DNA of 64,000 bases, taken from contig JAQFVV010000003.1 of assembly GCA_028023455.1 (NCBI GenBank), positions 6,076,001 to 6,140,000 on the forward strand, read 5' to 3'. Shown here one piece after another: positions 42,020 through 56,881 of this stretch (position 1 is the first letter of the stretch; every line of letters starts with the position of its first letter). The DNA is from Epiperipatus broadwayi (taxonomy: Eukaryota > Animalia > Onychophora). The position numbers and the translations under genes were made by a program. The notes beneath the pieces were generated by a model. The model did not search any database and had not been told where the DNA came from. It saw only the letters and a list, made by a program, of their open reading frames with translations.

Positions 42020-42209
42020 GCTTAACTATTAACAAAATATCACAGAGAAATCTAAAAAGATTCCAGCCAGGAGATCAATAGCTTATATAAATATGTGTGT
42101 GTGAGTGTGTGTTATCTAAAATATTAAATTTAAAATAATATTACAAATTACATTTTTCCAATTTCTAATCTAATTGGCTATTAAAAAGTAAAAAAAAAAA
42201 ACATATGTA

Positions 42210-43404
42210 CACCTGGGTCTCTTTTTACACGGACTTATTTAACATGATTTTGAAGTTACGCGATTCGTGTTTCACCGGAAGTCGAACTCCGATAATGCGC
42301 TATTACTTTAAATAATAAATTTTGCGCACTTACGTTATATTGAAAGTAATAGCACATTATTGGAATTCGACTTTCAACTTAGTAATTTCAATATTTTCAG
42401 TGCTTTATAATAGTAAGTTTTTATGCAATAATGAAATTAAAATCATGATTTCCACATTTTATGTATACACATTAAATTTTACAAGATTATAATGTAAATT
42501 TGTTCAAACATTGTGCGTGTTAATTTTGCATTTTAAATCCCATTCTGTTTTTGCTTTTTAAAAAAGAACGTAATCAATTATTAATCATTTAGTGTCCGCA
42601 AGTTTATTTTTAAAAGGTGAGTAATAGCAGTGAAACAAAATTTGATTTTTAAACGGAATTGAAAATTAAAAAATTAAAGACAAAAATAAAAGTTTAAATA
42701 CAGAAGAAAATGTAGAAAAAGATAATGAAACAGAAGTGGAACCTGTTCCTTTCACTGCAAAAATGAATCGAGGTCTTCAACTTTCTAATCAGTTGGCAAA
42801 TTATTTTCTTATAAATGACATTAATCACGACATGCTCTTAAATTCCAACAAGAGCTAAATAGTTGTATGTCTGGATATTGTGTTCATAAACAATTAATAA
42901 AATCATCATCTCAAAGATTAATTACTAATTACGTTGTCACCAGAAAACAACACAACATGAGAGTGAAGTTGGTGCTAGTTGTATTTCCTCTTGTGAAGAA
43001 TCAAAAACCAGTTTGCAAACGAACTTGTTTACCAGTAAATAGCGATAATAATTAAAACGTGTATAAAAAAATGTATGCATAAAAAAATGTATGCATAAAA
43101 ATACATATTGTTTTGAATAAAATTAAATATTATAGTTAAAAAATAGTTTAAAAAGTTTGTCTTGTATCAATTTTTTTCAAATTTGAAATTTTTTATTAGT
43201 CATATTTTATTTTCTTATTATTTTTTTTTTTTTTTGCGCGAATTTTAAAGTAATTTTACGTTGGTGCTTTGCTTTTATGCGAATTTTGAAATATCACAGA
43301 CCGCATCCCCCCTTTTTCAATGTAAGTTATGTCTATTTTTGCGCAATTTCGTTTGCGCGTGTTTTCTGAGGAACCTATCTATCGCGTAAAACGAGACCCA
43401 GGTG
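42210..43404 (+). mobile_element. Internally deleted pogo/Tigger-like DNA transposon
   Basis: TIRs cacctgggtctctttttacacg / cgcgtaaaacgagacccaggtg flanked by TA. A transposase C-terminal remnant (TEENVEKDNETEVEPVPFTAKMNRGLQLSNQL...ALKFQQELNSCMSGY) lies at ~42710-42880. Confidence 0.85.
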
Positions 43405-46400
43405 TATACAGAAACATGGTATTAGAGACTCCCAACTTTTCCTCATCTTTTGGTTACTATTGAACTGTTGTTTGAAAGATCTTGAATCTAGCACAGCTGA
43501 TAAAGAAGTAACTTTAAAAATCAATGCTTATGTTTAATACTTGTATCTCATCTCTGACTTTTCAGAAAATAACAAAATTACAAGTTTGGAAAGTCTAATA
43601 TATATAAGGTAAAAAAAAAATTAAACTGGCAAAGAAATAAACAATATTTACAAAAGTTAATATAAAGTAAGCTTGCAAGTATTTTTTTATTTCATATTAA
43701 TTAATTCTTAAGTTATCTTCTGATTACTGCATTAAAGATAATAATTCATTCTATTTATTCTACTTAAACCACTTATTATAAGCTTGAATAATTAATGTAT
43801 ATTAGATGATAAATATGAATCCAATCCCTCAGAAGTTTCATCATTAACAAGCATTAGATTTGCACCTACACATCTAGCAGCCATCTTTATTTTAAGCAGA
43901 GATTCAAACACTTAAGTGTGAACGCATTTTAACTTTCTTGTATTATTACATAGTTTGACATCAGACTAACATCTATAAATTTTAGTTATTTTGGCTTTAT
44001 ACTAACTGTAAATTAATAACCAGAACTCAGTATGAGTTTTGATATGCAGCATTACCATCTAGTATCCATTGATTTCTCAAGGTTTACAAATATATAGCTC
44101 TAAAAGTAAAGTAAATAAAGTAAAGTACTGTCCTTAGTACATATATTCAAAGTAAAAGCATTTATATGGTACTTTGTCAGATATTTACTTTTTTTATTAA
44201 TTTATAATTTCTATATTAAAAAATTATATTTACATATATTGTTTATCATTTTCTAAAAGTCTGTATTTCTATAATTTTCTACTAAAAAAAATGGCTAGGT
44301 ATTCATTGCCTGACTAATACAGGGATGGCTAAGTAAACTATGAACCAGTTATTTACAAAGCTTCATCCACCAGCTATCCATTTTAATTAAAAGTAGATCT
44401 AATTTTAATATGATTATGATTAAATCTTATCTTTTTTAAAAAAAAAAAAAAAAGTAAAAATAATGAAACAGTTTATTTGTATAAATATGTTGTGTATATA
44501 AAATACCTCATTATTATTTGTTTAATTATACCAAAAATCGTGCATTGCTACAACAAACCTTTTATTTATAAATTATAATTCTGTGTCTAATATATATTAT
44601 TTATAATTAAGGAATTTGTTTGGACAAATATTCTATTCATTACTCATGTTTACAATAGATGTCTCTCAAGTAGCCTAATGTAAATTATACTACTAAATGA
44701 GATTGAAAGTGAAGTGCTGAAGTAATGTTACTTTATAATTTTTGTTAAATTATCTTTTTCTATCTGGCTACTATATATATTTTTAAAAGATGAATTTAAT
44801 TAGATATTTAAAACTCATATATTTCATATGAAATTATTGAATGATTATCACATGATAAATCAATTAGAGGATCATTGATTGTATATTTACTTAAGTAGAT
44901 GAATAAGTAACTGTTATGAAATCCCTAATGAATTACAAAACATTTGGTAAAAAAAAAAGTTTACAAGAAGTCACTATTTTCCATATAAACAAAATATTTT
45001 GATCCACATGCTGATTGTGAAAATCTAACTGAATTCTTGCTAAATATCTATTTGAGTTAACTATTTTATTTTATCTAAAACTCTAATTCAACATTCCAAG
45101 TCATACTACAATATTACTTTTGTTCCCTTCTCAAAATTTTTTTAAAGGCTTACAATTTATTTACATAGAATGGTGTCTCAGAAAATATTTGTGGAGACCA
45201 ATTATGAGGTAACTTTCATGAAAATAAAACAATAAAATAACTTTCTAATTATACTTTAATTTATTCATTGATGCATAAATAATTAAATTATTTTATCTTA
45301 TATAAAAATAAAATCTGTATAAATAATATCCGAGTTATGATCTAAAAAAAAAATTCTTTGTGGAAACATAAACCTGAAAATAACTCATTTAATCTTTGAA
45401 TAAATAAATAAATTATTTATATTTATACAATATTAATGATTTTAATTAACATGTAAATAGTTTTATGGCCAACCAAATGTAACATTAGGAATATAAATTT
45501 ATTTCAAGGAACAAATGTGTCTGAATATGTTACTAGGATACATTACAACCTGGTTTCAAAGAATCATTTTTTGAAATAAATTTAATACATATGTCAACCT
45601 TTTTTGTAAGATCAATGTCAATCTATTTGTCAGATAAAAGGAAACTGGCATTGATATTACAAAAAAAGTGAGCATACTTACATGTTCATTTTAAAAAGAA
45701 TGATTATTTGAAATTTGTTTGTAATAAACTCTAGAAATCTATTCGGACATGTTTGTTCAGTAAAATTGCTTTATATATGAATAAATAAATTATTTATTTG
45801 TTCTAATATAAAACAATTATAAAACATTCCATCTAGACGAAAATATTTTATGTTGTAGAAAAATATAGCAACATGATTTATTTTTTCATTTATAAATTAG
45901 TAAATAAATAAATAATTTATCTATCAAATCTTAAATGAATATCTTTTTCATTTAAGTACAAAATAAAAAGTCAGAAATCTATAAAGATCAATAAAATAAA
46001 AAAAAAACAACCCTGAAATATTTATTTAATAACTCGTTACCCTTTTTTTTTTAATTTCTGAGAATAAATATTTACTTTTCTGATTATGCTTATAGTATTA
46101 ATACCAAATTACTATTAATAGATTCAAAGTTAGCATCCAAAAACAAATCTAAACCTTGTCAATAATGAAATAATTTATGGATAACCTCGTGGAAAAACCT
46201 GCCTATTTTGATAACCCATATAATATCCAATAAAGAACTTTAGAAAAGTTTAAAAAATATTGTATAAAAAATATTTATAAAAGTAAAAACAATAATTACA
46301 TGGAGAATCTGACAGATTATTTTCAATATCTGTTGAAAATAAGCTGACTGTTAAATGATGTTTTGTTTAATATATAATATACTTGCTAAAGAATCCTTAA

Positions 46401-47488
46401 AATATATATAGTTGCTGGTATAGTATCAGATCTATGCAGTTATATGAAGAAAACATCTTGGGTTCTGCATCAGGTGGTATTTAAATTTCAGGTTACTAGC
46501 TTAGCCAACATGCAAATCCAATAATTGATTGATGATGACCAAAAACTAAATACAATGTGGGATTGATCAATTGAGTTATTTGAGACAAGTATTAAAAGTT
46601 GTGCATTTTAAATTTATTGCTACTTATTTAAAAAAGCTTTGTAGGGACAAAGGTAACATCTACTTGCCATGATTAAGATCTGGGGTTTAAATATAGGTCA
46701 AGTGAAATTATTTTCAAGATTATAATTTGTTCTCTTGACTTATAATTAACTACCTATTCATCCAACACTGGCTGGTAAGTCAGAATATACTTTTAGTTAG
46801 AGGGTAAATGAAGATGGAGAACTATTCAAACTCTCATCACTAGATAATAGGCAAGCCAGTTGAGTCTGCTTTCTCCTTGATTATTTGTTCAGGAGATATG
46901 GCGAGAGAAGATATCTAGATATTATTAAAAGCCACAAAAAAAATCACTCACTATCTAAAAGTTATCTAAGGTCCACTATTCACCAATGGGGAAATCTAAG
47001 GAGACCTTTGCTCAAATAGTTATCAATTTAAGCCTGCTTTATTAATTACTCTTCATATGGTAAAGGTACATTAAAGTTTATGACAGAAATGTAAATATTT
47101 AAAGTTGCATTAAATTGAGTTAATATAGTTGCAAACTAAGACATCACATGATTATAGAAAATATTGCTTAGTTATACCCATTTGCTTTCAGAGAAAACCT
47201 TAACTCTTATATACAGTATAACAGATATGATTACACTAGATTAACGTTTGAGTTTAATCGAAATGTCACTTATTAATTGTGATACAGTTTTATTTAAACA
47301 ATTTTATCATTTTATAATGTTTTTATACACAAAAATAATTTTAAATTATAATCTTAGATTAATTTTCTAAAAATATTACTTTTTGGAAAATTCTACTACT
47401 ACGATTCTTTCCAACAAATCATCAATTTTATCAAATTGAACGACAGAGGTCACCATTGGTGAAAAATTTGACATAATTTGATATAATT

Positions 47489-47712
47489 TGGGCATAATTG
47501 CTGAGATATTCTTGACTTCGTTTACGGAGAAGCCATAATACATCTCATCACATCACATCAAAGATTATATTGTGGAAATGGGATGGAGCAGATTATGGGG
47601 AAATTTAGAGTGGGGAATGGAAAATAAAGTGGCTAACAGGTTTATCTGGGCATAATTGCTGAGATATTCTTGACTTCGTTTAAGAAGAAGCCACAATACA
47701 TCATATCACATC
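47489..47712 (+). repeat. Tandem repeat, ~157-bp period (~1.4 units)
   Basis: tgggcataattgctgagatattcttgacttcgttta...gaagcca...atacatc occurs at ~47490 and ~47647; a dispersed copy lies at 15.9 kb. Confidence 0.85.
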
Positions 47713-50700
47713 TTATATCTTTATTTAGAACGAAATTTTTAAATAAAAATTGCTAAAAACCTTTCAAATGTTTTATTTATAAGAATAATTGCATAGAAAT
47801 GAAATTGCTATTAAAATATTTCAGAATATATATATAAAGTGTCACTGTTTTCTAAAAATAAAAATAATAATCACAGATGTGCTGCTTTAAATATCAGTTG
47901 TATAAAGCATCCATTTCCTTTCAATTTTTCATAATTACCTCCTAATGTAATGGATTTGAATATCATATCCATAGCATAAATGTAAATATCCAGATTAGCT
48001 GATTATTTTAAGCTAAGTCTAGCTATATTTAGATAGAGACTAAAAGTCCCAGATTGTGGCTGATTATATTAAGCCTATGGGGTTTTTTTTGTACATAAGA
48101 AGCCATAGTCAAATGGGTATCTAGCTATATTTGATAGAGAATAAAAGTCCAAGATTAATCTAATTTGTTATATAAGTGTTAATATGATGATTGTAAAACA
48201 AAAATGTGTATTTGTTAAAGATCATGGAATGTTTTTTTTCTTTCAATTTCTTATTGATCTTAATGAATATAATTTCAAAAATGTACATAAACAAGAAACT
48301 ATTTGAGTTGTCTGAATGATTCTTAATATTTGATAAATATTTTTCTCTCACACAAAGCTATTTTTTTTGTCTTGTATAGACTAGTGATAGCAATTTTTCC
48401 TATGCTTTAAAAGATGTCTAATGTAATCAGAATATCCAAAAGTGAATATTATATGTACTGGAAGGAGAAATAATGCACAGAAAAAATTGGGTGTGATTTT
48501 CTAATATCAATACAAAAAATAATTGATGTATGTTTCTTTGATATTCTAAGATTTTTCCTCAAAAATTAAAATACTGTTGGGATTTCCTGCTAAAAGTAGA
48601 CATCTGGTGTTTTGATTACTTACTAATCTTAAAATCAAATTATAAGAAAGATAGATATCATAATATCTACTATTTCAAATGCACTGGTTTCTTAACCAAT
48701 GTTTGAAAAAAATATTATATATATACACTTTACCCTGCTTAGTGAGGATAATTGGTTTCCCAAAACACCAATCTTAAGCAGCAATATTGTATGCAGAATA
48801 AGCATTTATAATGGTTGTCTATAGGGAAAAAGTTGCCCGTTATTCCAGCTAAAAAATTACACTATAAGTTGGAAATACTATGTTAAAAAAATAACTTATT
48901 GAGTATATATAAACATTTTAAAAACCCTTAATGTACATTATATGTTTGTGTAAAGTGTGCTGTGTATATTATGCAGGTATTCACTTAAGATATGTATTTA
49001 TGTATGTATGATAATGCTACTTAAATCTATATATAAAGAAAAAAACACTTAACTTAAAGTTATTACTGCCTGTGATCCATTCACCAATCATCGTTATCCA
49101 GTTTGGTTTCCAAGTTCCAAGATTTTCTTGATTTTTTTCGTGGTTATATTAATTGCTGAGATCACTTTAAACAGAATCTTTTAAAAAAATGTTTAATATC
49201 ATTAGAAAAAAATGTACTTTCACTGTCCAAAAGTACATCAAAATAGACTGAGAAAGTGAAATTAAACTAGTATCTAACGACTTTTTGTATTCTACCACGA
49301 AATTTTTTCTCATTGGCTGAAAAAAAAATCCATACTGAAGTTTTATTTTTTTAAAACTTGTACTACTATATTATATTACGTCAAATTATTTAGAATTTTT
49401 TTAAAATGTTTAATAACAACTTAGTAATAAAATTAAAGTACTGCACATTGTCAAAACTCCTTAAAAAAAATAAATCCTGATGTATTAAGAAAAGGACAAA
49501 AAGGATCTAAAGCATTCTATGTTTGCATATTATAATCAATATGTAAGGTTTTTTTTTTTACAATATGTACCATACAGGTTTAAATAAAAATCACTCTATA
49601 TGTACGCTAACAGTGAATTTTTTTTTTGTCACAAGGTGACGCATTTTATTAAATTCGGTAAACATGTTCTTTGAAATGATTTTAAAATGTTTTGATTATG
49701 TGTGGTATGAATCTTTTTCAGTGTATCCGTATGCAATTTTGCATACGTTTTTTTTTTACGTTTTACATTGAATAAAATTTTCATTTTTTTTTTTTCATTC
49801 TTCATTTTTATAAATGTGCAATAAGATGTTTTAAAATTGAACTAATAGATTATGTTATTTTTAATTTAGATTTAGTAATTTTTGATCATATCAAAGTTCA
49901 TTATTATGATTTTTTTTTTTTTTCAAAATAACAATTACAATAACTAAATTTCAATACAATGAATGTTATTTTGGCCGTAAGAAAAGTACTGTTAGTAAAA
50001 ATTTTAATCCGTAAAAGTGAGTAAACAGAGTGTATAATTTTTAAACTAATGTACACATTTTAAAATGTATTAAAATATTAATGTGTTTGGAAGCTTTGTA
50101 ATCATTAATGATGAAGATCTTTATTTTGGATATATCATTATTGAACTGATTGTCTTGTATTATGAATAAACTCTATACTGTATAGTTTCAATATGAAGGT
50201 CACGATTTTGCTTTTGGATTATGAAGCTATCAATCATACAGAATGGTCACCAAAATTTTCTTTTTACAGTCATTATAGTGAATAATTGATTGTAAATCAA
50301 AATAATGGATACAACCTGATGATGATCATTATTGTGAAATCTTGCATAAAGGTCAAATACTAAGCAGAGCAAAGGTGTATATAAAAAAAAATTGATATTA
50401 GCAAAAAACAAAATTTTTATTTTTCTAAATTTCCAATTGTTTTTTGACTCACATTGCAAACATTAAAGAGTTGTGACCAGAAAAGGGAGCTGCTACTTTT
50501 AATTATGGACAAGTATATGTATGATTAAAGCTTATTGATTTATAATTATCTATGAATTTGTATATTTTGCATTCATCAACTGTCAATTTCTGTGCATTAA
50601 TATAAGCATGACTTCTGAGTGATTAACTTTTGAATTATTTTTTTTATAATCATTTTTCATCATAGAGAAATAAAGCAGGATAATAATTTTTGTATTTATT

Positions 50701-53058
50701 AATTATCTTAACATATATATATATAATTTTTAAATATTTATCAGAAGTTTGCATATATGATTAAAAGAATTTGTATACTGTATATGTGTACTAAAAGCAT
50801 TTACTATTGCAGTATTACATTTTTTAATATTAATTTTTCTTTTTAATTTTTAAATTATATTATAGGTATGTATATACAGTATATCTTAAAAACATCTGTA
50901 TTTTATACATATGTGGCTCCATTAAATGCATATTACTTAGCATTTGGTTCTATCACAGATTTTAGGTATCATGGGGGGGGGGGGGTCTGAAAATCAATGG
51001 CATGGATATGAGTTCCACTACTTATGTTTTAACACAAAAAGTCATTGTAATAATTCAATTGAAAATGTTAAAAGATATTTTAAAAAAAGATAGTTAAATG
51101 GGGCACTTTGGTATTATTTCTGCTATGATGTATACTCTGGTGACGTATTATTCAAAGTTTCCAGTATGTTTAAAAATAATGCCTCCAAGGGATACTTAAT
51201 CAATAAAATTTGTCAGCAGATCCTATGGAGGTGTTATGGAAAAAGGAAAAATTGAAAAAGAATCGTGAAACCTTTTTTAAATGGCAAACTGTAACAAAGT
51301 TTTAGCTTTATCTAAAAATAGTGAACTGTAAGTTTAACATTACATTTTAACTATTTTCTTCTTTTTTAAAAAAAAAAACCATATATAAAGTTTTAGCAAA
51401 CAAAAACAAATATATAAAGTTTTAGCTGTAAATATATATTTAAATATAAACTGTATTACTTAACAAATGATGTGAGAGATGTATTATATTGTGAAGGGAG
51501 GGAGTCAAAGTGACAGAATGAACTGTTTAATTTCTAAAATGGAAAGGAAAGAATCAGTTTATTTGACATGGATTAGTCATGGCAGGATTCTTGGTTGCTA
51601 TGATATCATAAATGAAAACTTGAATATTACTAGATGCAAATGTCATCTGAGTAGTATATCATTGCAGGAATAATACCAAAGTATTTTAAAATAAATTAGC
51701 ATTATTGAATATCATTATAGTAGATATACAGATGCCATTATGATATACTAATAATAGTTACAACCATTTGCATGATTTCACTGTTTTCATTGTAAATTAC
51801 CTTTTGTTTATTATTGATAAATTATTTTATAGTTCAAAATATATATATATAAACGTTTTTCAGGTTCAACCGTATAAGATTTTAGTTTAAAAATTTTAAC
51901 TTCTCGACTTGATCATGCAAGCCCTCAACTGGGAAATGAAATCTATTATATTGTAATGGTATGGATAATCCTGTATCAGACATATAATTTAAAATGCAAT
52001 AAAATTAAAGCTTCCTAGTTACATATAAGCATTTCATTCCAAAAACTCAGAGAAATGTACGTTGTCATACACTTATCATTAAAATGACTCATTCACATTT
52101 ACTAACAATCTCATAAAAAAAATATACAATGTGGTCTTTTTCACAATATAAGAATTACTGCATTCATTCTTTTCACATTCTGGTTTGTAAGATGCTATCT
52201 AAGCTTTTATCTTATATATCACAATATTAAATGACACTTTCCCAAAAAAATTAGTAACATTAAGACTAGAGATCAAACACACACCAGCTGATATTTTTTC
52301 AACTACATAGAATCTGATTTCATTAACAACAACCTAATGATTTGGCTATTGAATATAAAAATTAATATACATTAGAAATATATTGATTATTGTTCAATTA
52401 TATGAGCATCTATCTGTCTTATTGCTTTCCTACTTGAAATCTCTCGTTTCAATAAAATTTGTAAATAATCTCCGATTTATATAGTAAACCTAATAAAGTT
52501 AATTTAAAACTAAAAGTTACTTAATATGGTACAATAAAGGTTGGTAATGCCGTTGAATAATTTATTTTATTTTATTTGTTCTTAAGTAAAAAAATTGGGG
52601 GAGGGGATGTCTTGAAATATTAGTGTATACATTTTAAAAAAAAATTTACAAAATAAGAGAACTTGAAAAGATATTTTATTAATCTCCGATATTTTATAAT
52701 TAAAAACTTAAATAATAGCATGTAATAAAACAAAGCAATATTCAGAATTAGAGTAAAATTTAAAATCAATTATTTGTAAAAATATAAATAAGACAACAAT
52801 TTTAAGATAGCTTGGAAACAAGAATATAATATTAGAAATTTGTCAGTAGAGTAAATGATTTTATTTTATATTGCATTTTTGTGAATACAAGCTTTTTATA
52901 AAGCAATGTCACGATATATATGACTTGCTTTATTGATTATTATAATAATGATATTTGTAAATTTAACAATGATGTAAGTTTGTAAAACACCAGAATAAGT
53001 TTAATTACAAAAAAATATAAAACTAAATATAATTTTACTAAATCCAATCCAAATAATA

Positions 53059-53149
53059 ATTAGTTGATAGAGTTAATACATATTCAGAATAAATAAATAA
53101 ATAAAGTAATAAATAGCCATTAGAAAATGACTTTGAAATAGATAAAGAG
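53059..53149 (+). repeat. Direct repeat, copy 1 (pairs with 54802-54888)
   Basis: attagttgatagagtt...cattagaaaatgactttgaaatagataaagag, nearly identical in both places. Confidence 0.9.
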
Positions 53150-53917
53150 GTTTCCTTACAGAAAAAAAAACCCCCAGTTAATTAATTAATGAAATGGTAA
53201 TTTAAAAACATGAGATTTTAGATAAGAAGTGAATGGGAGAGAATATTCAAGTTGAATTCAAATAGTAAAATTAGTTGATATTCAAACAGAAAGCAGTAAC
53301 CTATTAAAATCATGCTAGTTATATTCATGACTGTTAGTGGCAAGCAAAGATTCAGCCTATAATTCAATAGCACTTGCAGATAAGCTACTAAACAATTCTA
53401 ACGCTCTATTGCTGATTTAGCTAAAAACTTACTCTTGTCTAACCTGCAATCGTTTTTACCTCCAGTTTTCTAAAACCTATTCTTTCCTCTAATATAGTTA
53501 ATCTAAAGAAGTTATCTTAAACCAAATATATATATTTCTGACCACTGAAAATAAACAATAATCTAAATAAATGTTTTAAGAAGCATGCATAGGAAATAAT
53601 GCTTTACACTAAAAATTTAAAATAATGTTAACACTACAATTAATCTAAGATTATGAACCTAAAAGCATACACAAAGTTATGTAGTTGCAACTAAAATCTT
53701 GGAATTTTCTCTAGATGAGATTATTTCTTAATGTACTATCTTTATTACTTTTATTGAACACATTTATTGCTCTCAATTAGTTTCTTATGGAATACTTTTA
53801 TACTGTTTTTTTTTTTTTGCTAAAAGGCTACCTTAAAAATTCCACAGGAGATATATTCAAGAATCTAAAGGTCCAGGTTTAATTCCATGCTAGTACTGTC
53901 ACTGGTCAGACCAGAAA

Positions 53918-53958
53918 ACCTGAAGAAGAGGGGAGAATAATACCTCTCAAAATGTTGT
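53918..53958 (+). ncRNA. CpG-decayed minimal type I hammerhead (family F)
   Basis: ac-CTGAAGA-a-gagggg(agaataata)cctctc-AAAA-TGTT-gt. Two CpG transitions restore cGAAACGTT, with a palindromic stem III. Confidence 0.65.
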
Positions 53959-54801
53959 GCATATACTAACCTGTGTGCTATTACTAACAGTTGAATGTAT
54001 TTGGAATATTTAAATAGTAAATTTTTTCTAAAGACATTCAATACACCCTTAGATGATGGAAATAGTCCAACATATAAATATAACTGAAACATCATCATCA
54101 CAAACATTCAGGAAAACACCAATATTTAAATTTTATATCTTATGAATAAATTTTTGTATTGGTATGTGGTACCATCCAGCAGATACATTATCCAAATTCA
54201 AATAGATCACATGCTATAACAATACCAACCTGATATTAGCAGTCTTACATAAAAATTACATAGTAAAAACATTGCATATCAACTCATCACTCAGTAAATC
54301 AATTTAATATTAAAGGATAACAAAAGTTAGGAATATTTTTTGAAAAAAACCAGTCTATTTAAATGGTTTTAATATATATTTTTATACATTGCCACTAACC
54401 ACAAATCATTTACTTTACCACATAATATTATTTATTTCTTATTCAGCTAATTCTAAGACATTCAGAAAATTTAATTTTAAAACATGGATACTTACTTAAA
54501 GTCTTAATATAATAAATTCATTTGCTACTTAGGAGTTAATAAAAAGTTTGAACATCAAAAATGACAAAATGAAAATCAATCCCAGGATCTTATATTAGTT
54601 TATTTAAGAATTTTAAAAAAATATTTTCGACTGAAATTTAAATTCACTTATCTTGAAAAAGTAAATATAGAGACACATTAATTTAGTTATATATGATGGT
54701 GAGGTTAATTATTTCTAAATGCTTTTAGTGTAAATTCTTCTAATCACAGATACATATACACATTAATATATCTTAATCATTATTAGAATCTTTATGAAAA
54801 G

Positions 54802-54888
54802 ATTAGTTGATAGAGTTCATACATATTCAGAATAAATAAATAAAGTAATTAATGGCCGTTAGAAAATGACTTTGAAATAGATAAAGAG
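54802..54888 (+). repeat. Direct repeat, copy 2 (pairs with 53059-53149)
   Basis: Same sequence as copy 1 with few substitutions. Confidence 0.9.
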
Positions 54889-55320
54889 ATTTGATGCTGA
54901 TGTATAAATTTAATGAAATAGTAACACTCTAATATAATTAATAATAATTTAGTAATATTTTTCATTCATAAAAATATCTATAAACATGTGATATCATATG
55001 CGTATATTCCATTTCTTAATGGAATTAACTAAAGTAATATCAAATGATCTATCCAATGATAAGTCATCATAGTCATATAACATTAAAGAACCAGAAATTA
55101 TAGAGCTGAGCTGCAATTCAAGGATCTTTTGCTCTTGAGTCCATCATTTTGTCACTGCACTACATCACATTAATGGATGGAGCAATAATCATTAACAATT
55201 CTCCATTTTAATGGATGATGACTTTCAATCTTGTATATACATACATGTACATATATATGATTAGGTAAGTGTAGTATTAAATATTAATATTTTAAAAAGA
55301 TGATGAAGATATTGGAAATG

Positions 55321-56534
55321 ACAGACCTATCAATTTTTTATTAGTTCTACATAAAATTTTTACCAAGCTAATTACAACTTGCCTAGAGCAAACTTTGGAT
55401 TTAAAAGTACAGTGAATCATATCTAAGTATTGAGAGAAGTTATAGAAAAGACCAATGAATATGTATAAGCATTATACTTTGGATTTGTAGGTTATGAAAA
55501 GGGCATTTGATTCTATAAGCATTTCTTCAGAGATTAAGGCATTGGATCATCAAAATGTAGATACAGAATACTATGATATTCTGAAGAATATTTATAAAAA
55601 TGCAACAGTAGCAATTAGATTACATCATCATAATAGGAAGGTTAACATTGAGAAGGGTAATATAACAGAGTGACCCATTATCTCCAAAACTTTTTTTACA
55701 GTAGTTTTACAAGAAATATTTTGCGTATTAAAATAGGAAGCTAAGGGAGGAAAAGTGAATGAAGATTATTTAAGTCATCAAGATTTTATGAATGATGTAA
55801 TTATGTTTGCAAATAATGCTTCAAAACTTCTGGCAATGTTGCAAGATTTATCAGATGAAAGAAAATAAAACTTAAAAGAAATACTAAAAAGTCAAAAGTA
55901 ATGTTCAATGGATTTTTTCAAAAGAAAAAAATAAAGATAGATAATGGTGAGTAAGAATAAGTTAACAACAATAAATACTTTGGTTGGACAGATTATTACT
56001 ACAAATAGAAACATAGTGGATGAAATTAATCATAGAATTAAACTTTGTTGAGGTGTTTTTAATAAAAAAAAATGTAATATTAAAAGGAAATATGCCCATA
56101 TATTTGAAAGGAAAGGTTTCTAATAGATGTGTTTTACCAGTGCTTACTTATGCATCTTAGACTTGGACACTTAACATAAAAGCAATATAAAGGCTTCAGA
56201 TGACTCAATAAAGTGTAAAGAAATGTATGTTAGGAGTACCAAGAAATTGAAATGAAATACATGAGTGAAAGAACAAACAAGTATTACTGACATGAGACTG
56301 AAGTGGAGTTGGGCTTGACATACTGCTAGAAGAAATGATAATAGACAGACATTCGAAATCTTAAACTGGATTCCAGAAAGAGACAATATGTCAGATAAAT
56401 ATGTGAGATGAATAGATGAAATGAGGAAGTGTGCTGGGGTGATGTAGAAATGAGAAGTTACAAATTGGAGATACTGAATCAAATTTGAAGAGACCTTCAT
56501 TCTGTAGTGGTCGATAATGGTTGAAGATGATGAT
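55321..56534 (+). mobile_element. RTE-clade LINE, decayed RT and C-terminal region
   Basis: Broken frames give RPI...YKIFTKLIT, REVIEKTNEY, YEKAFDSI, K G..QSDPLSPKLF and F.NDV. The 3' end gagaccttcattctgtagtgg...gatgatgat matches 3901-3950. Confidence 0.9.
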
Positions 56535-56881
56535 TAATAATAAAAAAAAAAATATTTTTTTTCATAAAAAATCCAATGCAAGTTGAAGTCAACCAAGATT
56601 CTTTCATCCAAAAATAGTGAATGAATAAGACCATCATCACTAATAAAAGACAACATTATTTTACCATTGACAAATTTTACTTGTACAGTTGTATATATTT
56701 ACTTGACACTTTTTAATTAAAAAGAAATTAAAGTTTTTTATTTAAAAATTTTTTTATAAAAAGACCAAATGAATTTTAACCTTCTTTCTGGCATAATTAA
56801 AGTACCTCATGATAGTACTATTGTCTGATATGAATATATTCATATAAATTTTTTAAACTTAGTTATAGTTTTATTCAATAG

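Noticed and set aside
46810-46845. tgaagatg-gaga...tctc-atca-ctag hammerhead-like arrangement
   Set aside because: The second core box is not GAAA and needs too many changes.
51095-51256. GHFG...CY...ICQ, gypsy integrase zinc-finger-like words
   Set aside because: Requires a frameshift and no other integrase, RT or LTR evidence is nearby.
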